A DNA stretch of 64,000 bases from Chiloscyllium plagiosum. Taxonomy: Eukaryota. The stretch is taken from positions 97,157,644-97,221,643 of the forward strand of contig NC_057718.1 in the NCBI RefSeq assembly GCF_004010195.1, given 5' to 3'. Made by a program: the position numbers and the translations under genes. Under the pieces are notes generated by a model that worked only from the letters and a program-made list of their open reading frames with translations, was not told the DNA's origin and made no database searches. Positions within the stretch are counted from its first letter, which is position 1. Every line of letters begins with the position of its first letter. Of this stretch, positions 46,221 to 59,505 are shown piece after piece.

Positions 46221-46689
46221 TACTGAACGAATAATCCAGCAGCCCAGTTTAAAGCTGTGGATGGGGGTTCAAATCTCACCATGGGAGATGGCAAAGCTTA
46301 AATTCAATGAAAAACCATGTAACAAATGCCAATTCTTGCCAAGACCCATGTGGAGAGGAAAACTGCCCACCTTACTTGGTTTGGTCTCCACGTGACTCCA
46401 GACCCACGGCAATGTGGATCGTGCTTAACTGCCACTCTGCACAATTAAGGTAAGGGCTTGATTATCGCCATGTCCTGTGAACAAATTTCTTAAATGATTT
46501 ATACATTTCCAAGGCATGACCATTTTACACAAACAGGCACATTTCATAAAGAATCGAAATCGACCTTCTGTCTGTAAGTGCCCCTTTACTCAGTCTGCTT
46601 CCTTGATCGCAATAAAGGTTCCTGTTCAGTTTTCTTCATGTGGCTGTCTCTTTCTGTCATAAAAATGCTGTTAGTTATGTTTCTTGCTG

Positions 46690-47676
46690 TGAGCAGTAAG
46701 GATCCAATCAACGAGCTTTTCTCAACTCAAAGAGCGAGCAAATTTATTGATTGTTAAATTCGAGGAAAATAATTTTTAAAATGCAACGTCAAGCCTTTGT
46801 GCAGGCACTCAGGAATACGCACATACACACGTGCATGTACAAAGTCAAAGGGGAATAGTGGTCAACACAAAAGAAGATAAAAGGATATCTGGTTTCGAGT
46901 CTTTTGGTCATCTTTGACATGTAGTTTTTAATTTGTCTGACGCCCCTGTTTAGCTGTTTGTTGTGCACTCTCAGTTGTGAACAAAGAATGCAGTTATTGC
47001 AAAGTTCTTGGTTCGTAAGTCTGCTCTGTCTCAGGTCGGATGAATTTTTGCCAAACTGGGTGCCATTTCCAATGAGAGAGAGAGACACACAGAGAGAGAG
47101 GGATTCCTGGATGTTACTCTGCATGTTTTGCATCTCTCTCTCTGTCTGGAGTGAAAACCACAGGCTTATAACCAAAGCTTTCATATGCAGAGGTGTTTGA
47201 TGCAACAACATTGGCTGTTGGCCCTGAATGGTGGTAGTCTTTCTAATGTTGGATTTTGATGGTCCAGACAGAATTCCCTTGCAGCCCTCTGACATAGATG
47301 GGGAAAGAGGGTTACAAATGCAACCTTAAATATCGATAACTAACCTATCTTCCTCTTTGCATACATTACAAGTTTCAAATTTGAGGCTTTGTTCCAGCAA
47401 TACCTGTTATTGAGAGTCTTTTTTTTGTATATCACAGGCAATTTGTTTGTTTTCACAGCTCCCGTTCCTTTGGAAGGTAGCCTTGCATATTTAAGCAATT
47501 GCCTTGACATAATCTGATCCATTAGACTTTCGCGAGAATTTGACGACTTTCGAGTCAGTTGTAAAGTGTTCCCAACACGTTTTTAACTTCTGCTCCCTCT
47601 CAAACATAAAGTGCAAGGTTTTTAAATTAGCTGAAAGGTTTTAAAGATTAATAATCTATGTTGTACCATCACGACA
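46690..47676 (-). mobile_element. Possible solo LTR
   Basis: Ends CACGACA; antisense poly(A) signal TTTATT at ~46743; no TSD found. Confidence 0.25.
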
Positions 47677-48789
47677 AGGTTGGCATGCTAAAGGAATGAT
47701 TGGTCAAATAGCCTTTGTGTCACCCTGGTGTGTCCTTACATCTGATAACACTGCCCCAACGGTTAAAAGGTGATTATTAAAACTAGTCAATAACTAGATT
47801 ATTGACTGAACTAGTCAAATCTTTCTGTTCTCCACACTACTGCATTATTCAGTGGTGGACTCTATTGCTTGTCAATATTACATCTGATGGTGTGGCTTAG
47901 CACTTACATACTTCAGTGTGTAGACAGTGGGTTGGGTGAGAGTTTGGAATTGCCCACTCTTGTACTTGGCCCAGTCGGCCGAGCGATGTCAACAACATGC
48001 TTCCATTTCCCACACCGGCTGAGGTTAGCATTATTGTCCCATGTTCTCAATGTCTCCCCTCACCTGAGACATGGTGACTCTCAGGTTAAACTCAGATAGC
48101 TATCTGCAATGAAAGCACCATCCATTAGGACTACAGCAACTTTACCTTTTACTGGTCTGTTGCCCAGAGTGTCCACAAAGCAGCCATATTGACCACCAGC
48201 CTGCTCTCGCTAATGAGATGCCATCCGTAGGGACTATGGCGATTTTACCTTTTACTGCTCCATTGGCCACAGTGTCTACAAAGCAGCCATGTTTTCCAAT
48301 GTATTTTAATAATGAGGAAGGTGGGTGAATTTCCACAGTGGTCCTCTTGTGCTTCTATTGCAACTTAATCAAAAGAATCCTTCTGATGGCATTTTCTTTT
48401 TGATTGGATGGAGATTCCCCTGAGCTTGGATGGTCGTGAATCATACAGACATAGGAACTTTACAGTAAGTGATCCGCCCTATCTGTACTAGTTGTAACAC
48501 CCTACTTTTCGACTCTTGGTCTGGAAGACTGGTTCCGGCACCTCACGCGCATATCCAGGGAGTTCTTCAATATGATGAGGTTTTCTGCCTGTACCACCCT
48601 TTCAAGGCAGTGAGGACCCTCATCCACTTTCAAGCAGAAGCAAGCTCTCAACTCTCCTTCTCCCGCTTGGATTAAATACCTCTCTGTTCCTATCCACTTC
48701 ATTTTTATCCCTATCCACTTCATCACTGTCCCTCATACTTTTACATACCTCAACTTAATCTCCACTCAGTCCTAATGTTCCAAAGATGG

Positions 48790-48965
48790 TAGATTAGATT
48801 AGATTCCTTACAGTGTGGAAACAGGCCCTTCAGCCCGACAAGTCCACACCGACCCTCCGAAGAGTAACCAACCCAGATCCATTCCCCTACTCTATATTTA
48901 GCCTTGACTAATTCACCTAACACTTTAGGCAATTTAGCATGACCAATTCACCTGACCTTTGGATT
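48790..48965 (-). mobile_element. HE1-type V-SINE 3' part, inside decayed CR1-type fragment (48440-49360)
   Basis: AGATTAGATTAGATT tail and CCGAAGAGTAACC. Confidence 0.8.
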
Positions 48966-49049
48966 GTAACTCCAGCCCATCCAGTCTTTCATCACTACAA
49001 AAATTCTTCAGTTCTGACAAAATGTCTTGTAACTCTCCTTTCTATTGTG

Positions 49050-49290
49050 ATTCATTTGATTTGTTGTTGTCACACGTCCCGATGTATAGTGAAAAGCTTT
49101 GTTTTGCATGCAGTACATGCAGATCATAACGTACAGATGATAGACAAGGGTGTTTAGACAGCCAGGCACAGGAGTGCACAAAAACAAGACCGACGTTCGA
49201 TTTGAAATTTGAGAGGTCCATTCAACAATCTAATAACAGCGGGGAAGAAGCTGTTTTTGAACCTGTTGGTACATGTGTTTAACCTTCTGT
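49050..49290 (-). mobile_element. Rex1/Babar short 3' fragment
   Basis: Homologous to 18440-18710 (GAGAGGTCCATTCAACAATCTAATAACAGCGGGGAAGAAGCTG). Confidence 0.75.
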
Positions 49291-49949
49291 ACACAGTACT
49301 TTCTCTGGGTCCGAATCAGCGTTATATACAGTTCTAGGCCAACCTCCTGCCCTTCTGTTCTCTTATATAGGAGAAAGTATAGAGATTTCCCCCTCTGATC
49401 ATCGTGCCTATTATGGCCCTTGGATGTTCCAAATCACTTTACAGCCCAATGAATTACCTTGTAGTGAAAGTTATGTAATGAGCTTTTTGCAGCTTTGTGT
49501 TCATAGATTGTACTGTCTGATTGATGCCCATCAATTATTACTTGGCTGATGCCCAGCTTGGCACCTATTAATACCAAATGCTTTCACGTAATGCCTTCAC
49601 CAGAAGGTGAGACAGGTGATGTTTGCATTGGAGCAAAGTTTGATCTTGGTCCACAATGCATTGCAAAATCATGATTGGGCTTTGTAGTTATGATCCCAGC
49701 TGATGGTAATATTTGAAAAGTCAGGTTCCCAAATTAAACCTGGCTTGATTGATCATTTTTTTTCTTGCAGTTGTTCTGGTGATGATTAGTCACACAAGGC
49801 TACAGATGTACTTCAATAGTGTTGCACAAAATAAACCCAAATTCTATGGATATGTTACACAGTAAGAATGATTTTGACATAAATAGCAAAGCAAAGTCTC
49901 ACACTGTTTCCCAACACCACCCTTTTACAGATACTAAATCCCAATGAGG

Positions 49950-50532
49950 TAGAATCATACAGCAAAGAAGCAGACCCTTCGGTCTAGCATATCCATGCCA
50001 ACCGAGTTTCCCAAAGTAACTCGTCCAGCCTGCCTGCATTTGGCCTATATCCCTCTCAACCTTTCCTATTCATGTACCTGTCCAAATATCTTTTAAATAT
50101 TGTAACTGTACATGCATCTACCACTTCCTCTGGCAGCTCATTGCACTCAAGAACCACCCTCTGTGTGAAAAAATTGCCCCTCGGATCCCTTTTAAGTCTT
50201 TCTTCTCTCACCTTAAAATTATGCCCCCTAGTTTTGAACTCTCCCATCCTAGGGAAGAGACCTTTTACTATCTATCCCCCTCATTATTTTATAAATCTCT
50301 ATAAGGTAACTCTCAACCTCCTATGTTCCAGCGAAAAAAGTCCCAGCTTACCCAGCCTCTCCTTATAACTCAAAACCTCCAGTCCCAGAAACATCCTTGT
50401 AAATCTTTTCCTTCACCGACTTAATAATAGCTTTCTATTGCAGGGCAACTGGAACTGTACACAGTATTCCGAAAGATGGCTCACCAACATCCTCTGCACC
50501 CACAACGTGATAGCCCCCTCAACTCCTGTACT
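49950..50532 (-). mobile_element. CR1 LINE 3' fragment
   Basis: ORF 50056..50247(-) CR1 C-terminus. Confidence 0.9.
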
Positions 50533-50984
50533 TTGCTTTTTCTCAGCACCTCAACATCTCACTTAACTGACTCTTCTTTGGATTGATAAGGATGTTTTAT
50601 GATTCCTTTTTGATGGCCTCAACCTTTTCTGTTCTTACACTTGAAAACTTTGAGACAAACTCTCCCAAGGTTGAAAGCTTCATGAACTAAATAAAAAGGT
50701 TCCACTTGGCTGAAAACCACCTGCCAGGAAAGAACTGGCCTCCCTTCTGAACTCAACTTCTGATCCTTCTGAACTGAAGTCATAAGGTGAGCTAATGGCA
50801 CCTGGACGTTGTAAGCTCAACAGTACAAACATTCTATCTATTCACACCAAAGGTGCCCTGCCAGCCACATGACTGAGTGACATGCCTTCTTGGAAGTGAC
50901 GTTCTTAGGACACTGTTCCCCATGATTTTCTGACCTTTTGAGAGTAATTACTTCACAGAATTGATGAATATTTATCCATGTCGC

Positions 50985-51230
50985 GAGGTGCTTGGAAAAG
51001 CACAGTAGCTCAGGCAGCATCCGAGGAGCAGGAGAGTCGATGTATCAGGCATAAGCCCTTCATCAGGAATGAGGCGTATTGGCCGGGAGGCTGAGAGATA
51101 AGTGGGAGGGGCTGGGGAGAAGGTAGATGAGAATGTGATAGGCGAATGAAGGTGGGGGAGAAGGTGATAGGTCAGAGAGGAGGCTGGAGCAGATGGGAAA
51201 GATGATGGACAGGTCAAGGAGGGCAGTGGT
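50985..51230 (-). mobile_element. PLE family A 3' UTR fragment with degenerate hammerhead
   Basis: Homologous to 9655-9910 and 23440-23650. Confidence 0.8.
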
Positions 51231-53893
51231 CCCACACATATTATTGGGGGGAGGAAGAGGACAGGGTAGAGTTGGAGTTAACTGCCTTGTTCTTTGAAAT
51301 GCACTTTTACATCCATACAACCGGTGGTTGAACCTGGGTTTGATGTCTTATCCAAAGTTCATAGCTTCCAACATTGTGGCACTCTATCACTGAGTACCAA
51401 GCGTTGATGTTGTGCTCAAGTTCTGGGGTGGGATTTTAACCCAAGTGGGTGTGATATTGAGGCAGGCATGCTGAGTTACAACTGACCCTGAAGGCACAGG
51501 TGTGGAAGGCCATCGTGGAGGTCACTGCGCTCATGAAGCTTTGAAATGGCAAAGAAAAGAGGTTTCACTGTTGGCGACACCAAGGCAGGGCACAATGTTA
51601 CAAAGCCAGCAGTAAATGGTTATAGTGCTGGATGGAATATGCCATTTGAAACTCCAGCAAGAAAGAACATTGGGAACTTGCAAAGTCTGCTTCACCCTTA
51701 GTCATTCATCAGCGAGGAGGATGAACTCAATGGAAAGGAACAAAGAATGCACTGGGAGGGACAGCAAAGTCATTAGCTGCTCTTCCTGTTGTTTCATTCA
51801 GAAGAATTTGTAACTATTAGCAAAGGCTAAAGGTGGAGACTTCAAACTTGAGATTGTTCCTTTGGAAACTGTCCCACACTTAAAACTGGGAGGAGGAAGA
51901 GGACACTGCTGAACAGGCACTGAATCATTTATCACAAGTACTCTTGCCTCACCCAACCAATATCCTCAAAGTTTACATCCCAGCCAATATCCCTGAGTTC
52001 TCAAACTTGTGTGCAGGCACAGTTTCCCTGAGCTTGGTCAGTGGTGACCGATTGAGCTGTTAGCTGCCTTCAATTACCTACCTTCAACATCCTCCTGAAA
52101 GACTTCCTCCTTGAAACCTTCTTTTGCAATCCTTTCCAGCATCCATCCTGTCTTTTCCACTGCCACTCCATATCTTCTGTTTCCTCAGGGAAATAGGATA
52201 CAACATTTTTGACATAACTGGGAGCAGGCCCTGGGTTACAAAAGCCTGTATTAAATGTGCAAGTTTTGCCAGAATTCTGAACTAATTGGAATAGTTGAGG
52301 AAAAATACATAAGTGGGCACGTCTTCTTCATCATGTAATAATTTCTCTTGCACGTGGCAAGGCTTTGGTTTCGACACAATGTGTGTTATGGATAGCCACC
52401 TGAAGCTGACAGCCCACCATGCCGATAGCTGGGTAAGAAATGAGGAGTGGCTCTGAGGCTGCTGTAATCATTGCAAACAGGTATGCGAGTTCCCTGCAGT
52501 TAGAAGGAATGGCAGTCTGTTTACTGACTGTACAAAGTCTGTTGAAGTTGCAAAGGGTGGAAGTTGTGCTCATGCTAATAAAGGCTACTGTCAGCTGAAT
52601 CTGGAACATGCCAGGGGCTAGAAATACTACAGCAAGTATCTCATCCCCTGACTCCCCAAAGCCTGCTCTAGGTCAAGGCACTTGGTCTTGGCAAATTGAT
52701 GCAGATGGTAGGACTTGAACCCGGGCCTTCTGACTCAGAATGAGGACCTGAATTATTTTCAGCCGAAGTGGGATGAAACCCCCTAAATGGTCATTAATCT
52801 AAAATTTGTGGCAGTTTGGGGATGGTCAATCATGAACTGTCTTGTCCAGAATGTAATTCCAGAGGGTGGCAGGAAGAGGTGGGCAACTCCTCGGTAACAA
52901 GCACCCTGGTTATTTATCCTTCCCTGCCACTTTGGGGAGCAGGTTCGATTCCTGCTCTTCCAGTCTCAGGCAGAACATAAGCTCTGAGATAGCTTGGAGA
53001 GAAACTAGGCGAGAGGGCATTTACTGTAGATATAGTTTCTCCAAATCACATAAGTGTTATAGAGCCGAAGGAGGACATCCAGCACATCATGTCTGCACCA
53101 ATTGTTCAAATGAGCATCATTGTTGACTGCCAGTGTCCTGCTTTCTCCCCATAAACTTGCACATTATCTAAATAAAGTTGAATGTATCTAAACACTGGTG
53201 CCTTTACTCTGGGACTGACTGCTACATGCCCTGAAATTTTAATTCCTTCACTGGATGTTGCTTCCAAGGCCAGCGTTCATTATCTATCCTCAGTTGTCCT
53301 TCAGAGGTGATGATGAGCTGCCATTCTGGACAGCTGCAGTCTGTACATTGTAAGACTGGCCAAATGGCCTGTTTCCCTAGTGCTGACCACCCAAATCTAG
53401 GGGAAAGACAGGGCGGGGATTCATTAGGAACTGGTAACTGGGATCTCGGTCTCTAGGGGGCTGCTGTGCTCAGGTCATTGGTGGGACCCCGCACTCTGGT
53501 TGGGGTGAGTTCATTGGACTTGGTTTAACGTTCTGGGTCAGGATTGTGACTCCTGTCTCCATCCCTCCTCATTGACACTGATCTAATTCAACTTGGCAAG
53601 TGTAGAAGTGCACATGGAGTAATTAATACAGCAAACCATTCTTTTTTAAATTTTCTTTGCCAAAATAACTTCTTTGGACCACTAATACTTTCCATCATGA
53701 ATGTGGTAATCTGTAACCAGCTAACCAATGAATCTTCTGGTCTATCTATGACACGTTTAATAAAAGCTGAAAGACTATACTTGCCTTCATTTCTCAGACC
53801 TTTTGAGTACAGGAGTTGGGACATGGTGTTGAGATTGTACAGGACTTTGGTGAGGCCTCTTGTAGAGTATTATGTCCAGTTCTGGTCACCCAG

Positions 53894-54625
53894 TGGAGAT
53901 CATGAAGGACACCAAATTTCCTGAAGTATACCTAGCGGAGAATCTCACCTAGACCCTCAACACCAATCCCGTAGCCAAGAAAGCCCAGCAGCATCTCTAC
54001 GTTCTGCGCAGGCTGAGGATAGCCCACCTCCCATCCCCCCATAGTCACCACATTCTACAGAAGGTTCATTGAGAGTACCCTGAGCTATTGCATCACTGCC
54101 TGGTTCAGGAATTGCACTATCTCAGATGGTAAGATCCTACAGTGGATAGTGAGGACGGCTGAGAAAATCATCAGGGTCTCTCTCCCCTCCATTGCAGGCA
54201 TTTACACACCACACGCTGCATCCGAAAGGCTAAGAGTATTCTGGGAGACCTTACACACCCTCACTCAAACTCTTCTCCCTCCTGGAATCTGGCAGAAGAT
54301 ACCAGAGCATTTGGTCTCTCACGGCCAGACTGTGCAACAGTTTCTTCCCCCACGCCATCAGGCTGCTTAACGCAGTATGATCGGACTCTTTCCCATCTGA
54401 AATTCTTTGGTATTGCTGCTAGAAAACTGTCTATTATTTATCATTCTTCTGTTACACTATAACTTGTATGTTTTGCATGTCTTATACACTTTATGCCACG
54501 TACGATTGTGTAGTTTGTGCTGTCCATGTAATACCCTCGGTCCTGGAGGACCACTGCCTCGTTTTTCCTGTATGTTTTGTATATGGTAGAAATGAGAAAT
54601 TAAAAATTACTCTACTCTACTCTCT
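53894..54625 (+). mobile_element. Rex1/Babar LINE 3' fragment
   Basis: 'AKKAQQHLYVLRRL', 'VRTAEKIIRVSLPSI', 'LCNSFFPHAIRLLN'; (TACTC)n tail; short TSD CAC(C)CAGT. Confidence 0.85.
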
Positions 54626-55029
54626 ACACCAGTTATAGGAAGGATATTATTAAGCTGGAGAGGGTCAGGAGAGATTTACCAGGATATTGCTGGGAATAGA
54701 GGGTTTGAGTTGTAAGGAGAGGTTGGGTAGGCCGGGACTTTTTATTCTCTGGAGTGTAGGAGGCTGAGGGATAACCTTATCGAAGTTTATAAAATAATGA
54801 GCAGTATTGATAAGGTGAATTGCAGGTGTCTTTTACCTTGGGTGGAGGAGTTCAAGATGAGGGGGCATAGTTTTATGGTGAAAGGAGAAAGATTTAAAAA
54901 GAACACTCGGAGCAATTTCTATACACAGAGAGTGGCCCATATGTGGAATGAACTTCCAGAAGAAGTGGTGGATGTGTGTAGAGTTACAACATTTAAAAGA
55001 CATTTGGATAAGTTGATGAGTAAAAGATA

Positions 55030-55345
55030 GGGGGCGGCCTGGTGGCTTAGTGGTTAACACTGCTGCCTCACAGCACCAGGGACCCGGGTTCGATTCCAGC
55101 CTCGGGCGACTGTCTGTGTGGAGTCTGTACATTCTCCCTGTCTATGTGGGTTTCCTCCGGATGATCCGGTCTCCTCCCACAGTCCAAAGGTGTGCATGTC
55201 AGGTGAATTGGCCATGCTAAATTGCCCATAGTGTTAGGTGCATTAGTCAGAGAGAAATGGGTCTGGGTGGGTTACTCTTTGGAGGGTCGGTGTAGATTTA
55301 TTGGGCCAAATGGCCTGTTTCCATACTGTAGGGAATCTGATTTAA
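55030..55345 (+). mobile_element. HE1-type V-SINE
   Basis: Full head/V-domain/tail. Confidence 0.9.
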
Positions 55346-55780
55346 TGTAAAATGTTTGGGGGGATGTGGGCCAAATGCAGGTAGGTGGGATTAGTTTGAT
55401 GTCAGCATGGACTGGTTAGACTGAAGGGTCTGTTTCCCTGCTGTACGACTCAAGAACCTGATGTATGTGCTGAGTGTTCGTGGTTAATGATGTTACTGAT
55501 AAACTAATCCAGTTAAAGCAGGAAATAAAATACAGCAGTGTATTTACAAAGCAACACCATTGTAAGATTGGTCGCAATCATGTTTACCTTTGTTGTTATA
55601 ATGAATAAAATGTTTTCACCTGTCTGTCTCCGGGGGAGGATGAAGCCAGTCCCAACCATAACACAATTCAGGCAGAGTGTGATTTTAAGTGTGCCTGTGA
55701 TTTGCTTTTCCAGCACAATTCTATTGCAAAGATTGAGCAGAGGCTTCAAATAAGCAAGTTGAAGTAGTTATGCCGAATTG

Positions 55781-56527
55781 TGATTTGGAGGAGTGGTGCT
55801 GGATGGGGTGTATAAAGTTAAAAATCACACAACACCATGGTATTGTCCAACAGGTTTACTTGGAAGCACTAGCTTTCGGAGCACTGCTCCTTCAACTGGT
55901 AGTTAGAGTCATAGAGTCATAGAGATGTACAGCACGGAAACAGACCCTTCGGTCCAAACCGTTCATGCTGACCAGATATCCCAACCCAATCTAGTCCCAA
56001 CTGCCAGCACCCGGCTCGTATCCCTCCAAACCCTTCCTATTCATATACCCATCCAAATGCCTTTTAAATGTTGCAATTGTACCAGCCTCCACCACATCCT
56101 CTGGCAGCTCATTCCATACACGTACCACCCTCTGCGTGAAAAAGTTGCCCCTTAGGTCTCTTTTATATCTTTCCCCTCTCACCCTAAATCAATGCCCTCT
56201 AGTTCTCGACTTCCCGACCACAGGAAAAAGGCTTTGTCTATATATCCTATCCATGCCCCTCATAATTTTGTAAACCTCTATAAGGTCACCCCTCAGCCTC
56301 CGACACTCCAGGGAAAACAACCCCAGCCTGTTCAGCCTCTCCCTATAGCTCAAATCCTCCAGCCCTGGCAACATCCTTGTAAATCTTTTCTGAACCCTTT
56401 CAAGTTTTACAACATCATGGTGGTTGTAGAGTATGAGATCATAGGACACAGAAGGAGCAGCACTCTGAAAGCTAATGCTTCCAAATAAACCTGTTGGACT
56501 ATAATCATGTGTTGTGTGATTTTTAAA
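55781..56527. mobile_element. Fold-back element family B split at its centre by a CR1
   Basis: Left arm 55781-55903, right arm ~56418-56527; degenerate TSD TATGCCGAATTG / TATGCCTAAATG. Confidence 0.75.
55904..56417 (-). mobile_element. CR1 (HER1-type) LINE 3' fragment
   Basis: ORFs 55991..56182(-) and 56189..56602(-); (AGAGTCAT)n antisense tail. Confidence 0.92.
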
Positions 56528-56617
56528 TATGCCTAAATGCAATTTCACCGTGTTTGGAGGTTGTTGCTGGTGTTCCTTCGTGTGTAAGCAAGATTTGAGC
56601 ATGTCCGAAACGGTGAC

Positions 56618-56838
56618 TGTACTGATTGGAATGAGGTCAGCCAGTGGACCTCATCGAATATGAGTTCCCTGATTGGGGCTGTTAATCTGGTCCACTCAGG
56701 AGCCCTGGCTGACAGATATAAACTGGAGGGTCATTCTGAGAGCTGGCTCCGAGGGAGCTGGACCAGTGTCAAGTACTCTCCACATGTAAATAACAAGTGA
56801 TTTGGTGACGGGATACCAGCCTCTGTGGAGTTATTACA
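56618..56838 (+). mobile_element. Possible short solo LTR
   Basis: TGTAC...ATTACA termini, CCAAT-box-like GATTGG x2, TATA-like GATATAAA, AAATAA; no TSD. Confidence 0.4.
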
Positions 56839-57099
56839 CAGCTCCTGTACTTGAATCCTCTCACTATGGTGGCCAATATACCATTCACCTTCTTCACCGC
56901 CTGCTGCAGCTGCTTGTGTACCTTCAGTGACAGGGACATGAGGACACCCAGGTCTCGCTACACATTCCCCTCTCTCAGTTTATAGCAATAACATGTCCTG
57001 AGGCACACCACAACATCATCTGCTCCTGAGCTGCATAAGGAAATATTGCAACAAGTGATTCAACGTTTGGACAAAGGGTTAGGTTCCAAGATGGAATTT

Positions 57100-57950
57100 A
57101 AAGGAAGAGAGAATGACAGAGAGGCAAACAACAAAGCAGGCGGAGAGACAGGTGGAGGAAGACATGGGGAGAGAGAGAGAGATAGATTTGATCAATTGGG
57201 TAAATGTGTTCAGGAGTGGGAGATGGAGCGGCAGTGTGAGAGAGAGAGAGAGAGAGAGGTGGAAGGACAGATGCAGAGCTGGTGAGAAATAGAGAGGTGA
57301 TGGGAGACTGGGTGAGTGAGATGGAGAGGTGGTGAGAGAGAAGGAGGTGGAGGGAGAGATGGAGAGANNNNNNNNNNNNNNNNNNNNNNNNNNNNNNNNN
57401 NNNNNNNNNNNNNNNNNNNNNNNNNNNNNNNNNNNNNNNNNNNNNNNNNNNNNNNNNNNNNNNNNNNNNNNNNNNNNNNNNNNNNNNNNNNNNNNNNNNN
57501 NNNNNNNNNNNNNNNNNNNNNNNNNNNNNNNNNNNNNNNNNNNNNNNNNNNNNNNNNNNNNNNNNNNNNNNNNNNNNNNNNNNNNNNNNNNNNNNNNNNN
57601 NNNNNNNNNNNNNNNNNNNNNNNNNNNNNNNNNNNNNNNNNNNNNNNNNNNNNNNNNNNNNNNNNNNNNNNNNNNNNNNNNNNNNNNNNNNNNNNNNNNN
57701 NNNNNNNNNNNNNNNNNNNNNNNNNNNNNNNNNNNNNNNNNNNNNNNNNNNNNNNNNNNNNNNNNNNNNNNNNNNNNNNNNNNNNNNNNNNNNAGGGGGA
57801 GGGAGCAAAGGAGGGAGAGACAGAGAGGTAGTGAGAGAGAAGGAGGTAGAGGGAGAGGCAATGAGAGAGAGAGATTGAATGAGAGGCAGAAAGGTGGTGT
57901 GAGAAATGGGGAGATGGAGGGAGACAGGGTGAGAGACGGAGAGGTGGTGA
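57100..57950. repeat. Purine-rich (GA/GGA) low-complexity tract spanning an assembly gap
   Basis: GAGAGA/GGAGAGG runs flanking N-run. Confidence 0.9.
57368..57793. other. Assembly gap (N-run)
   Basis: 426 N. Confidence 1.
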
Positions 57951-58389
57951 AGTTTTGGAAGGGCATTCCAGAGTCTAGGGCCTCAGCACCAGAAGGCACA
58001 GCCACCAACGGGGAACCAATTAAAAGAAGGCATGTGGCCAAGGCTGACCTCAGAGCGATGCTGAGCCCTGAGAGGGCTGGAGGCTGGAGCTGGGCACTGA
58101 GACTGATCATGTTTCGACTGCAGGCATGATATTGCATTTGCCTTTGACATCTATTTGCGAATCTGAGTTCCTCCCAAGTTCAGGGGAGGAGTAGAACAAA
58201 TCTGGCAATCCAGGTGCTTTGATTGTAACTATCTTTGGGTTAACACAGAGGTTACACAAACTGCAAATGAAACTTTGCTGATTGGTTGGTGTTAGCAGGT
58301 CCTAACATACAGCCCGAAAGTTCAACCAGACATTGATCTCCACTCGATGGTACTGAGAGCAGACAGTGACACTGCCAGCTGCCCCTGAT

Positions 58390-58665
58390 GCCAGCTTTTG
58401 GATTATAATTTAATCAAATAACGTAATTAGAGCACAACATAAGCCAGTGTGTGATATATCATAATCGCCGCTGACAACCTGGCTACTGTATAATTCAACA
58501 GGTAATTATCACGCCTCACTGCTCACTGTGACAAATCCCCTGACTGATTATCATGAAGGTCATGGAAATGTGGAACTAATATTTTTCTGGCATCTGTATT
58601 TTAGTTTCCATTATTGAGATTCCAATCAAAATTAATAGAGGCAGTTTTCTGAATAAAGCCATCGG
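58390..58665. promoter_or_regulatory. Candidate conserved non-coding element / enhancer
   Basis: Repeat-free, AT-rich, dense TAAT/ATTA, TGACA and AAGGTCA motifs; conservation not testable here. Confidence 0.35.
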
Positions 58666-58856
58666 CACATGTGGGGTCAGAGTGTGACGATAGGGGGAGG
58701 AACACTAGACTCTAATCCTCTGACCTCAGCTACTCCTGCAGCAGGCTTGTCTGTGCCAAGACTGGCACTGTCAGTGTGAGCTACATGCCAGTGGGTGCCA
58801 AAGGCATGCCCACTAACCTCCGATTCAAGTGCTGCACATCATTCAGGAGCAATTTT

Positions 58857-59170
58857 GGGCGGCACGGTGGCTCAGTGGTTAGCACAGCTGCCTCACAGTG
58901 CCAGAGAGCCGGGTTCAATTCCTGCCTCAGGCAACCCTCTGTGTGGAGTTTGCACGTTCTCCCCGTGTCTGCGTGGGTTTCCTCCGGGTGATCCGGTTTC
59001 CTCCCACAATCCAAAAATGTGCAGGTCAGGTGAATTGGCCACTCTAAATTGCCCGTGGTGTTAGGTGAAGGGGTAAATGTAGGGGAATGGGTCTGGGTAG
59101 GTTGCGCTTCGATGGGTCGGTGTAGACTTGTTGGGCTGAAGGGGCTGTTTCCACACTGTAAATAATCTAA
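58857..59170 (+). mobile_element. HE1-type V-SINE
   Basis: Full head/V-domain/tail. Confidence 0.92.
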
Positions 59171-59211
59171 TTTTCCAGTGCAGGTGTGATGGGCAGAGTG
59201 GCCTCCTTCTA

Positions 59212-59505
59212 GGTGGCACAGTGGCTCAGTGGTTGGCGCTGCTGCCTCACAGTGCCGGGGACCCAGGTTCGATTCCACCCTCGGGAGACTGTCAGTGTGG
59301 AGTTTTCACATTCTCTCCATGTGTCTGCGCTGGTTGCCTCTGGGTGCTCCAGTTTCCTTCCAGAGATGAGCAGGTTAGGGTGGACTGGCTGTGCAAGTTT
59401 TTCCAGGGATGTGCAGGCTCGGTGGATTAGCCATGGGAAATGCAAGGGTGCAGACTCAATGGGCAGAGTGGCCTGCTTCCACGTTGTAGGGTTATCTGAC
59501 TCTGC
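59212..59505 (+). mobile_element. HE1-type V-SINE (divergent subfamily)
   Basis: GTGGCACAGTGGCTCAGTGGTTGGCGCTGCTGCCTCACAG head. Confidence 0.85.

Larger units (their letters stand above)
53778..55452 (+). mobile_element. CR1 LINE 3' fragment carrying nested Rex1 and V-SINE
   Basis: 'LYRTLVRPLVEYYVQFWSP' stops at ~53893, resumes at ~54626; ORF 54797..55030; tail at 55350-55452. Confidence 0.88.

Noticed and set aside
46789..47295. 168-aa ORF on minus strand
   Set aside because: No recognisable domain, includes (CT)n-derived sequence, lies in an LTR-like segment.
49683..50956. Possible solo LTR split by a CR1
   Set aside because: Termini degenerate and no TSD; insufficient evidence.
51490..51900. 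Possible decayed Harbinger Myb/SANT ORF ('AQVWKAIVEV...')
   Set aside because: Similarity too short and interrupted to support by eye.
57079..58137. ORFs of 171-352 aa
   Set aside because: Low-complexity GA tract plus N-gap.
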